Source: a virus
Reading direction: 5' to 3' (one strand)
Length of the DNA: 58,533 nucleotides
IMG/VR virus record: IMGVR_UViG_3300045988_162556
Positions within the stretch are counted from its first letter, which is position 1, and each line of letters starts with the position of its first letter. The position numbers and the translations under genes are program-made. This document shows, piece by piece, positions 19,421-27,163 of the stretch. The notes under the pieces were generated by a model. That model did no database searches, was not told where the DNA came from, and worked only from the letters and a program-made list of their open reading frames with translations.

Positions 19421-19774
19421 TTATTCGTGAATCTCCCGCCAGCCGATGACATCAAACAATTCTGGGTATACTATGGCGTGTGCACCCCATTCCTCCCCGT
19501 TGAATCCCCCGACGGATATTATCTCGCCGCTTCCATCTTTCCACCTCCATTTGGTCAACACATCGTGATTCGGTTCGGGCATATTCTCTTTCGGGTCGTT
19601 CCAGCGCGTCAGTTTATCGCGCTCGGATTTCCCGAACTGGATAAGCCACCAAAGAATCTTGCCAGTATGGATACAGCCACCCAAATATTTCCCATTGCAA
19701 TCCTCTCTGCCGTTACACTCCACGCAGATGTTGTTTTCGCAAAATTCTTCTGCCCTTTCCTCAATCGTTTTCAT
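19421..19774 (-). CDS. Paralog 1 of a 3-member family (DUF551-like; MKTIEERA...WND/NP...GWREIHE)
   Basis: Shares its N-terminal and C-terminal motifs and LTRWNDPK with 57209..57517 and 30278..30679. Confidence 0.55.
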   Translation of the reverse strand: MKTIEERAEEFCENNICVECNGREDCNGKYLGGCIHTGKILWWLIQFGKSERDKLTRWNDPKENMPEPNHDVLTKWRWKDGSGEIISVGGFNGEEWGAHAIVYPELFDVIGWREIHE

Positions 19775-20033
19775 TCTCATTCAGTTTTTGGATGAAATTT
19801 CTTCGGTGGTACTCGTAATCCGGTTCGAACTCTCCGTCCTCGCCGTTCTCGAACCACATATCGTCGAATGCACTGATCGCTTTCTTCTGCATCCGCTCCT
19901 CGGCCTCCTGCTCGGCGAGGTCGGCCGTGTGGGTCATTGCAGTCCGAATCTGCCATTTCGCGTGGTCCGCCAACTCTGCCGTGAGATTATTGATGCACCC
20001 GTCGATAAATTCTTTTGCTTTTTCGCTTTTCAT
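19761..20033 (-). CDS. Hypothetical acidic protein
   Basis: 90-aa ORF. Confidence 0.45.
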   Translation of the reverse strand: MKSEKAKEFIDGCINNLTAELADHAKWQIRTAMTHTADLAEQEAEERMQKKAISAFDDMWFENGEDGEFEPDYEYHRRNFIQKLNENEND

Positions 20034-20048
20034 GGCTAAATATTGTAT

Positions 20049-20495
20049 TTAGTGTAACGCCCACGTCTTGTGCATGGTGGCGATCAGGTCTATATATCCT
20101 TTGTATTCCTCCATCTGCTCGGTGCTATAGCCTTTGGCCTCGCCAATTTTTCGGAAATGCTTCTGCCACTCGGAAATGGTGTAGCGTTTGCATCCTATTT
20201 GAATAACATCCTCACCCCAATAGGATACTTCATGGCGAGATGCGCTGATAAATAGCGATTTCGGAACATCGCACCCGTAGCCCAGCTCACACCAGTCGCC
20301 CAGTTTGCACCCGGCGCCCAGCTTGCACCCGGCGCCCAGCTTGCACCCGGCGCCCAGCTTGCACCCGGCGCCCAGTGTGCACCCGTAGCCCAGTTTGATA
20401 TTGCGCGCCTCAAATTCGGCGGCTAATTCAGAAAGTTCATTGTACTGAAAGGGTGTCCAGCCTTTGCCTGAAACCCAGAGATAAATTTTTTTCAT
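20049..20495 (-). CDS. Hexapeptide-repeat (beta-helix-like) protein with a Cys in every repeat
   Basis: KLGYGC TLGAGC (KLGAGC)x4 KLGDWC ELGYGC, flanked by non-repeat domains. Confidence 0.55.
   Translation of the reverse strand: MKKIYLWVSGKGWTPFQYNELSELAAEFEARNIKLGYGCTLGAGCKLGAGCKLGAGCKLGAGCKLGDWCELGYGCDVPKSLFISASRHEVSYWGEDVIQIGCKRYTISEWQKHFRKIGEAKGYSTEQMEEYKGYIDLIATMHKTWALH
20271..20396. repeat. Seven 18-bp tandem units (core GCACCCGGCGCCCAGCTT; three consecutive exact copies at 20307..20360)
   Basis: Read directly from the sequence. Encodes the hexapeptide repeats of 20049..20495. Confidence 0.9.
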
Positions 20496-20537
20496 TGTTG
20501 GTTATCTTTGTGCTTAAATTTTAAAACAGTTTATGGA

Positions 20538-20960
20538 TTAAAATACAACCACCATTGACGGGAACGGAGCACTATTTTTTTGGCCCCCGAATTTTAGCCT
20601 CCCCTTTATAAATCTAATTTCCCGTGCTTTGTGGTAAATAAATTCGTGAAAATATCGAGTATCTGTACGCGCCGGAATCAACATTACAACTATTGTGTTA
20701 ATTTTTTGTGCCTCCATGCAGCATTTACGAACCCATGCGTATATATCCCGACCGTATGGCGGATTGCAAAAAACAGTATTCCCGCCCCAATCTTGTCGGA
20801 GCCCGTCCTGCTCTTTGGTGTAGAATTTAACACACTTAGCATTATGCGGGGTGGCGCAAGGATCAAGTGTAAAATTAAATTCACTATTGAGTTTATCATA
20901 GAAATCCTGTGGTGTAGCCCATAAATCGGTCTTAGATGAAAACATCGTTTCTGTATTCAT
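20538..20960 (-). CDS. dam: Phage Dam-family N6-adenine DNA methyltransferase
   Basis: DLWATPQDFYDKLNSEFNFTLDPCAT...NTVFCNPPYGRDIYAWV matches the small phage Dam architecture, including the NPPY motif. Confidence 0.85.
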   Translation of the reverse strand: MNTETMFSSKTDLWATPQDFYDKLNSEFNFTLDPCATPHNAKCVKFYTKEQDGLRQDWGGNTVFCNPPYGRDIYAWVRKCCMEAQKINTIVVMLIPARTDTRYFHEFIYHKAREIRFIKGRLKFGGQKNSAPFPSMVVVF

Positions 20961-20963
20961 AAA

Positions 20964-21419
20964 TTAGTTTTTTTTGTGTTTAACTTTCCGATTAGGTATA
21001 CAGGAGATCCAGCCCCAGAACGGTATGCGCCGCTTCAAGTAGTCCGGATCATCCTCATGGTTGTATGCCTCGGTCTCAAAGCATGTGTAGTAGTACGCGC
21101 CCGGATAAGGCGGGATAATCACTTCGATCAGCCACGAAATGCTATAGCAAATCCAGCCGGCGAAGAGAATACCGACCACTGTCAGCGCCCAGCCCCACCA
21201 TGCGAACGAGTAGATTATGGCGACGGGCAGGAGGATTGCCGCGAACAGCACGGCCAGTTCGATCTGCTGGGCGCAGTGGATTCCTTCGTGGCGGCGCGTA
21301 GTCTCGTCCATGCTCCACGCCATCGGCTTCCGGGTAAAAGACCACAAAAGCCATGTTACCCAGCTGAATCCCTTGAACGGGATCAATTTATTGTGAACTT
21401 CGATAGGTAATTTCATCAC
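20964..21419 (-). CDS. Small polytopic membrane protein with an HExxH motif
   Basis: 151 aa with several TM helices. RHEGIHCAQQ contains HEGIH. Confidence 0.45.
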   Translation of the reverse strand: MMKLPIEVHNKLIPFKGFSWVTWLLWSFTRKPMAWSMDETTRRHEGIHCAQQIELAVLFAAILLPVAIIYSFAWWGWALTVVGILFAGWICYSISWLIEVIIPPYPGAYYYTCFETEAYNHEDDPDYLKRRIPFWGWISCIPNRKVKHKKN

Positions 21420-21826
21420 AGATTCAGTTTATAGCCGTTCAGACAAAGCCATTCAATAGCATCTTCCAGCAGATGCAAGAAAGAGATTCGCTCCTGCCAT
21501 CCAACTTGCGTCGCTTCATCTCCCCAATACAAACACCAACAAGGACTGGTGGACGAACAGGCCTCAATGTGCAAAATATGCACTTTGCCTCCATTGGTCA
21601 TTATCTTTTTCGGCAACACCGCCAGCAGGTCGGCGACCGTGAAGGCGGGGACATAGTAATTCGGGTACTTATTGTGCAGTATTCGCCTCGTTTCTTCATC
21701 CGTATTCCATATCTTCAATCGGGCGCAATCTTCGTCCATTTCCCATACCATGCTCGCCTTCTCCGCGGGCACTCCCAGTTCGATCAGCCGCTTCGACTGC
21801 TCGATGCTCGTTACTTGATTTTTCAT
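21416..21826 (-). CDS. Hypothetical protein
   Basis: 136-aa ORF. Confidence 0.5.
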   Translation of the reverse strand: MKNQVTSIEQSKRLIELGVPAEKASMVWEMDEDCARLKIWNTDEETRRILHNKYPNYYVPAFTVADLLAVLPKKIMTNGGKVHILHIEACSSTSPCWCLYWGDEATQVGWQERISFLHLLEDAIEWLCLNGYKLNL

Positions 21827-21839
21827 AGTTGATTGTTTT

Positions 21840-22718
21840 TTATTCGCATAATCCGTAATAACTCATGCAGCTGGTCGCCGTGTCGTCGTCGAACAAACTG
21901 CCCGTGGCGTGCTGCCATTCGACATAGCGCACAACATCGCGGATGTCAGGATACTTATTGCCGCTGGTGATTGCGTGGGCAGGTATTTTTTTCGGGCCGA
22001 AAAACGATGAATGAAACTCCGTTTCAAGTGCGGCGATCTGTTCGATTCGCTCCGGGGCCTGTCGGGCAATATTGAGGATATCCCGCTGGAGCGCCATCAC
22101 GCACGGCCAGCAGCCGACACGCTTGTAGCCCATCCGGTAGAGCGGGTTCGGCTCCAATCCTGCGTCGAGGATGTAATCGATCACCTGCTGCGCCGACCAG
22201 TCGAACACGGGCCGAAGCAGATCATCGGCGAACTTCTCCCGAAATGCCTGTACCTCCTTGCCCCGATAAGTGTGCTTCTTCGGTTTGCCCGCTTTGTCGT
22301 AACCGTAAGGCTCGAAATAGTACTTGAAGTACGTACATTGCGCCTGCATCTTGGCCCGGCTGGCCGATTCTGCTGCCCGGATACCCTGAATCATCAGCAT
22401 ATTGTCGTGAACCTCGTCCAGCACGTAGTCGATGCAGGGCTTCGTCTTCAATTCCTGCGTGCAGAACCGCGCCCGCGTCGAGGGCCAACGCTTTTTCTGC
22501 CGGGCAAGATCGACCATCCCGTCGTACTTCTTCGACTTGAGCGTCACCAAATCCAAGTGGAGTTTATCTGCGATCCGGTTGATGTACTCGTAGGTCAGCG
22601 GATGCTCCCAGCCCGTATCACAGAATACGGTCGTGAAGTTCTTGGTGATATGCTCGCGTGTCCAAAGAAGCGCCGCAAGGCTGTCTTTCCCGCCCGAAAA
22701 GGTTACTATGACTTTCAT
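21840..22718 (-). CDS. PP-loop ATP-pyrophosphatase, PAPS-reductase / DndC-like
   Basis: N-terminal VIVTFSGGKDSLAALLW carries the SGGxDS PP-loop. Cys pairs (GCWPC; CMSYYGLCE) lie in the C-terminal part. The gene overlaps the upstream methyltransferase gene. Confidence 0.7.
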   Translation of the reverse strand: MKVIVTFSGGKDSLAALLWTREHITKNFTTVFCDTGWEHPLTYEYINRIADKLHLDLVTLKSKKYDGMVDLARQKKRWPSTRARFCTQELKTKPCIDYVLDEVHDNMLMIQGIRAAESASRAKMQAQCTYFKYYFEPYGYDKAGKPKKHTYRGKEVQAFREKFADDLLRPVFDWSAQQVIDYILDAGLEPNPLYRMGYKRVGCWPCVMALQRDILNIARQAPERIEQIAALETEFHSSFFGPKKIPAHAITSGNKYPDIRDVVRYVEWQHATGSLFDDDTATSCMSYYGLCE

Positions 22719-23512
22719 ACGAATAATGATTTTTGAACTCTTGTTAAAACTTTGCTCCGGGCGGCGGCATAGAAATTCTTTTTGATCTCGAAACCGTATG
22801 CCTTACGGCCCATATTGGCCGCCGCAAGCAGGGTTGTACCGCTCCCGGCGCAGGGGTCGATAACGACATCCCCCTTGTCGGTGAATATCTCAATCAGACG
22901 TTCCAGCAGCGGTACGGGTTTCTGCGTCGGGTGGATCTTCGGCGTTTCGGTATCACGTACCCAATCGAAGCAGTTGAAGATCATCCGCCCGTCGTTGTTG
23001 AATTTCGGCAGGCGGTCGCGGTAGAGTATCAATCCGTATTCGCAGTTGCCGACGACTTTCATGTTGGCTTTGAGTACCTGCGCGGAGAAATCTTTTCGGA
23101 ATACGAGCGGGATATAGCGTTTCAGCCCATACCGCTGTCCGAGTTCGATGTAGTAGTGCATCTGCTCGAACGGGCAGAAAAGGATCATGCAGGCCGCACC
23201 TCCCTTGCATCGTTTCCCATCACCTGCTTCGTCCGTGGCTTGTTCCTTTACCGGCTTGTCTTTGCGGAGCATCTGCGAGCAGAAGTGCATGAACTCCGCC
23301 GGCCTGAAATCCTTGTCCGTGTCGAAAAACTGCTTGCCTGCAAGATCGCTATCGCCGTTCTTGTTGTCGCCGTCGACACACCATGCCGGGTTGCTGGCAT
23401 AGGCGTTTGTGCCGAGGTTGTATGGGACATCGGCGATGATGAGCTGCGCTCTCGGAATGCCGTATGACTTGAAATTCTGGAAATGGTCGTTGAATAGTTC
23501 GATGTTATTCAT
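22715..23512 (-). CDS. DNA methyltransferase (N6/N4, beta-class order)
   Basis: IIADVPYNLG (DPPY-type motif IV) lies N-terminal to VVIDPCAGSGTT (motif I). Confidence 0.85.
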   Translation of the reverse strand: MNNIELFNDHFQNFKSYGIPRAQLIIADVPYNLGTNAYASNPAWCVDGDNKNGDSDLAGKQFFDTDKDFRPAEFMHFCSQMLRKDKPVKEQATDEAGDGKRCKGGAACMILFCPFEQMHYYIELGQRYGLKRYIPLVFRKDFSAQVLKANMKVVGNCEYGLILYRDRLPKFNNDGRMIFNCFDWVRDTETPKIHPTQKPVPLLERLIEIFTDKGDVVIDPCAGSGTTLLAAANMGRKAYGFEIKKNFYAAARSKVLTRVQKSLFV

Positions 23513-23573
23513 TCTTACTGCTCGTTAAAGTTTAACCGAGAGGAACGGCGTGACTGATTATCTTACCGCACTT

Positions 23574-24521
23574 CTAATACTCCACAGCCGCCCGACGGTC
23601 GATGAAGAAATGAATACCCGGTGCGCATTCATTCCAACGGCAATCGTCAAAATTAGGGACCTCGACGGTAGCGCCGACCGTATACACGAAGTTGTTGTCA
23701 TGGTTCGAATGAATTGCCTCGATGTCGGCTTTGGTTCCATCGGCATTCTGAATCTCCGCCACATAGGCTTTGTCGCAACGACATTTTTCACCTCCGGCAG
23801 AACTTCGGCGGGCGTCTTCCGGAATTTGTAGCTTCACGACATAGCCCGAAGCCTTCTTCCAGCCGATAAAACTGCCATCGGTAGGACAAGCCATATATGC
23901 GCCTTTGGCTTCGCACAGGTCGGCTCCGCACAGGTTGGCTCTGCGCAGGTTGGCTTCGTACAGGTCGGCTCCGCGCAGGTTGGCTCTGCACAGGTCGGCT
24001 CCGCACAGGTCGGCTCCGCACAGGTTGGCTCCGCACAGGTCGGCTCTGCGCAGGTTGGCTCCGCACAGGTCGGCTCCGCACAGGTCGGCTCCGCACAGGT
24101 TGGCTCCGCACAGGTCGGCTCTGCGCAGGTTGGCTCTGCACAGGTCGGCTCCGCACAGGTCGGCTCCGCACAGGTTGGCTCCGCACAGGTCGGCTCTGCG
24201 CAGGTTGGCTCCGCGCAGGTTGGCTCCGCGCAGGTTGGCTCCGCACAGGTCGGCTCCGCACAGGTCGGCTCCGCACAGGTTGGCTCCGCACAGGTCGGCT
24301 CTGCGCAGGTTGGCTTCGCACAGGTCGGCTCCGCACAGGTTGGCTCTGCGCAGGTTGGCTTCGTACAGGTCGGCTCCGCACAGGTTGGCTCCGCGTAGGT
24401 TGGCTTCGCTTTTAATAGCTTCGGATACGGTCTTTTTAATTGTGTTATTTTCGGACAAATACTCGAAAAGTATATTACCTGTCCACCGATTTTTTATCTC
24501 AATTTTGATTTGCTTGCTCAT
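23574..24521 (-). CDS. Pentapeptide-repeat protein with a Cys-rich C-terminal globular domain
   Basis: By my count there are 33 uninterrupted A(D/N)L(C/R/Y)(G/R/E) pentapeptides. They are followed by a roughly 110-aa domain ([11 protein letters not shown]...[17 protein letters not shown]). Confidence 0.8.
   Translation of the reverse strand: MSKQIKIEIKNRWTGNILFEYLSENNTIKKTVSEAIKSEANLRGANLCGADLYEANLRRANLCGADLCEANLRRADLCGANLCGADLCGADLCGANLRGANLRGANLRRADLCGANLCGADLCGADLCRANLRRADLCGANLCGADLCGADLCGANLRRADLCGANLCGADLCGADLCRANLRGADLYEANLRRANLCGADLCEAKGAYMACPTDGSFIGWKKASGYVVKLQIPEDARRSSAGGEKCRCDKAYVAEIQNADGTKADIEAIHSNHDNNFVYTVGATVEVPNFDDCRWNECAPGIHFFIDRRAAVEY
23910..24404. repeat. Near-perfect 15-nt periodic tandem array encoding the pentapeptide repeats
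   Basis: Units such as GCACAGGTCGGCTCC and GCGCAGGTTGGCTCT are iterated without interruption. No stop codons occur in four frames, which generates the shadow ORFs. Confidence 0.9.
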
Positions 24522-24557
24522 GATTGTTGATGGTTAAAAGGTTAAATGACAATACGA

Positions 24558-25430
24558 CTATTTCAAGTACCACAGATACTGACCGTTGACCGACTCCAAC
24601 GTAAAGTTATCTTCAAGCGATCCGGCCATGCGTTTGAATCGGATATATGCCATAGCCTCATCTCGTGTATAACATTTCCGTCCTGATTGCGTATTTGGTG
24701 GATTATTTCTCTCCAGAGCTTTGTCCATTTTCGCATAAGTGACAAAGGCTGTATAGGCGTTTGTATGCTTCAAGTACGCCTGTTTGCTTTGCATGGTAGC
24801 TATCAAACGACGAATATCTTTCACGCTGTAATCTTGAAATAGCCAAACTATCTGCACCTCCGTTAGGGGTTCCGGCATTGAGGCAATACATGGAGCGTTC
24901 GTGGTGATCCATCGTATGAGTTCCGCAGCCTCCGCCTCTTTCCCCCCTACAACCCCCTTTTTAGTATCTACCAGTGTGTGTGTATATTCTTCTATTCTTT
25001 CTTTCTTATATTCTTTAGTTGTGGTTATTTGTTGGTTATCTGTTGGTTGTTCGCTGGTTATTTGTTGGTTATCTGTTGGTTGACAACCATTATCAAAACC
25101 ATCCTGTGCTTGTTGGTATAAATCATAATTACAGACAGTTATGATAGTATATTTGCGTGTTCCCGACTTGGTTATAAACCCGCAATTATCCAGCTTGTCT
25201 ATTGCGGTGCGTATTTGCATCTCCGAAAGTCCTGTCTCTTCGGATAGCTGTCCTCTGCTGGTTACCAATTGTCCGCGGTCGATGATTAAACCCTTCCACT
25301 TCTTGGCCCGGTAATTTGCCTTCAAAATGAAATGCAATGCCAGCCGCACACAGTTCGTATCCGGATACCATTCCCAATCAAGGAAGCTGCGATACATCTT
25401 AATCCAGCTGTTATTTGAAGTGTTACACAT
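24558..25430 (-). CDS. Putative replication initiator / replisome organizer (N-terminal winged-helix)
   Basis: WIKMYRSFLDWEWYPDTNCVRLALHFILKANY...GQLVTSRGQLSEETGLSEMQIRTAIDKL is the usual phage DnaD/replisome-organizer-like N-terminus. It sits in the replication module and contains an internal 33-bp duplication. Confidence 0.5.
   Translation of the reverse strand: MCNTSNNSWIKMYRSFLDWEWYPDTNCVRLALHFILKANYRAKKWKGLIIDRGQLVTSRGQLSEETGLSEMQIRTAIDKLDNCGFITKSGTRKYTIITVCNYDLYQQAQDGFDNGCQPTDNQQITSEQPTDNQQITTTKEYKKERIEEYTHTLVDTKKGVVGGKEAEAAELIRWITTNAPCIASMPEPLTEVQIVWLFQDYSVKDIRRLIATMQSKQAYLKHTNAYTAFVTYAKMDKALERNNPPNTQSGRKCYTRDEAMAYIRFKRMAGSLEDNFTLESVNGQYLWYLK
25023..25088. repeat. Six 11-bp phased repeats (GGTTATTTGTT GGTTATCTGTT GGTTGTTCGCT, twice); iteron/ori candidate inside the initiator gene
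   Basis: Units start at 25023, 25034, 25045, 25056, 25067 and 25078. An AT-rich stretch follows at 25089-25160. Confidence 0.6.
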
Positions 25431-25794
25431 TGCGAATTAATCGTTTGTAATAATTGATCTTATCGGACATTTCGGACCTCGACAATTTGAAAATCGTGCG
25501 TTTCTTGCGTTCCAGTTCTTCAACCGTCGGCAATCCATATAGCCGGATCAGCACCTTACGATAGACCGGTATGAGACCTTCGAGGCGCTCGTTGCAATTC
25601 TTTCACTGAGCATGACAGTTTCTCTCGTCCCACCGGGTAGCTTTGTGAGCGCGGCCTATATAATGCCCGCAATCGCATGTTTTAGGCGTTATAGGCGCAC
25701 CACACGTTATGCAGTATCCACGACCATCAGGACAGTCCCGATGACGGATATAAAGGCTGAAATAGCGGTCGTAGTCAAGTTCAGGTTTTGTCAT
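25423..25794 (-). pseudogene. ninG: NinG-family gene with a single in-frame TGA (25603..25605) at a conserved Cys position
   Basis: CITCG...DCGHY...RWDERNCHAQ*KNCNERLEGLIPVYRKVLIRLYG aligns, from memory of lambda NinG (..[24 protein letters not shown]..), with the stop at the first Cys of CxxC. The frame stays open to 25423 and ends in an overlap with the next gene. Confidence 0.6.
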
Positions 25795-26162
25795 GTGTTA
25801 TATCCCATTTGCCGTATTTGCTCTTTCTCGAAGCTCAACTGGGTACGCAGGTTATCGGATTGATGTACGCAGGTCCTGTTAATCCTATCCAACCAGTTTA
25901 CGATCTTGTTCTCCTCGGCGCAGGCAGATTTGAGTATCTCCTTCTGCACGCTGGGAGCAAGCGGTATGAGGTCCTTGAGGCGTGATGCCTTTATCAGGGC
26001 CAAATCCTGCTCGTATTTTGCCATAGCCAACAAGTAGGAGCTGCGGGCCATACGTACGCTCAGTTCCGACAAACGGATAGACATAGCCTGCGGCTCGGTG
26101 GGCGGATCTGATTCCAAGAAGAGCTGCATCTCCTCTATTTCCTTGAGTGTAGATGTATCCAT
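25791..26162 (-). CDS. Hypothetical protein
   Basis: 123-aa ORF. Confidence 0.5.
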   Translation of the reverse strand: MDTSTLKEIEEMQLFLESDPPTEPQAMSIRLSELSVRMARSSYLLAMAKYEQDLALIKASRLKDLIPLAPSVQKEILKSACAEENKIVNWLDRINRTCVHQSDNLRTQLSFEKEQIRQMGYNT

Positions 26163-26164
26163 AC

Positions 26165-26566
26165 TCAGAACGGAAGATCATCGGGTTCAAAGCCAGACGC
26201 CGGCGCCGGCCCGGAAGGTTGGTTTTCTTTGCGGTCCAATACCTTGCCCAGCATCCTGACCGTATCGGCCATAATCTCTGTAATGTACCGCTTGACACCG
26301 TCCCGATCTGTATAGTCGCGGGTGCGCAGCCGGCCTTCAACATAGAGTTGGGAGCCTTTCTTTACGTATTTGTCAACGATATCCGCGGTGTTGCGCCACG
26401 CCACCACATGATGCCATTCGGTTATCTCCTTGGGAGTATTTGTTTGGCGGTCCGTGTAGCGTTCGGTCGTCGCCACACTCAGGCTGGCGACCTTGTTTCC
26501 CCCGTCCAACACCCGGACTTCTGGATCGGCGCCTACATTACCGATAATGATTACCTTGTTTACCAT
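26165..26566 (-). CDS. ssb: Single-stranded DNA-binding protein
   Basis: MVNKVIIIGNVGADPEVR...WHHVVAWRNTADIVDKYVKKGSQLYVEGRLRTRDY with an acidic tail ending DDLPF. Start taken at the internal Met. Confidence 0.9.
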   Translation of the reverse strand: MVNKVIIIGNVGADPEVRVLDGGNKVASLSVATTERYTDRQTNTPKEITEWHHVVAWRNTADIVDKYVKKGSQLYVEGRLRTRDYTDRDGVKRYITEIMADTVRMLGKVLDRKENQPSGPAPASGFEPDDLPF

Positions 26567-26707
26567 ATTTCCGATGCTGTTTCTTTGCGAATATTTTAAG
26601 TTTGCGGATTGCATTCCATTCGTGGATGGATTGCTCCGGATGCGGATGAAGCACGCTGATTGCCTTCAGTAAGTTCCGCATATCGGTATTCGAAATATCC
26701 ATGACGA

Positions 26708-27163
26708 CTACTTTTTGAAGGTGGTTTTGATGATTGTCTTACTGGAGCGGGCCGGAGGATAGATCATTTCACCGGTTTCGGGGGCTACGACTCCCGACCT
26801 CGGCAGGTTCCGAAGCATCGTTTCCCGTTCTTTAATGTCGGCCTTGAGGGCTTCCAGCGTCTTGTACATGTCGTTCAGTTCGCTGTCTCCGCACATTGAA
26901 TAGTCGTACTTGACACCCGATTCGGCCTCTTCCAGCCGGCAGTCGCCGAACTGGTGTGATTTGCCGTATTTGGACAGTTCGCGGAGTGTGATGTCCCGAA
27001 CCTGCGCATCATCCTTGAATTGCTTGATCGCATTCTCCATGCGGCTGATCTGTATGTGTGCATCTATAGGGCTGATGTCGCCATTTACGACGGCGCTGAT
27101 TGCCCGGCCTGCCAGATCGGAAATGGATGCCGGATCTCCGAATAGTGTTATCTGCTGATTCAT
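26708..27163 (-). CDS. Hypothetical recombination-module protein
   Basis: 151-aa ORF between erf and ssb. Confidence 0.45.
   Translation of the reverse strand: MNQQITLFGDPASISDLAGRAISAVVNGDISPIDAHIQISRMENAIKQFKDDAQVRDITLRELSKYGKSHQFGDCRLEEAESGVKYDYSMCGDSELNDMYKTLEALKADIKERETMLRNLPRSGVVAPETGEMIYPPARSSKTIIKTTFKK

Noticed and set aside
23910-24404. Possible CRISPR array (regular short repeats), here and at 20271..20396.
   Set aside because: The repeats are contiguous with no unique spacers, have a 15/18-nt period (a multiple of 3), and lie inside ORFs. They are coding tandem repeats, not CRISPR.
23788-24537. Three extra long ORFs over the pentapeptide array (23788..24381 minus; 23897..24415 and 23905..24537 plus), with PVRSQ/GWLRT/HRSAP repeat translations.
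   Set aside because: They exist only because the 15-nt repeat lacks stop codons in several frames. Only the 23574..24521 frame joins non-repeat N- and C-terminal domains and fits the operon spacing.
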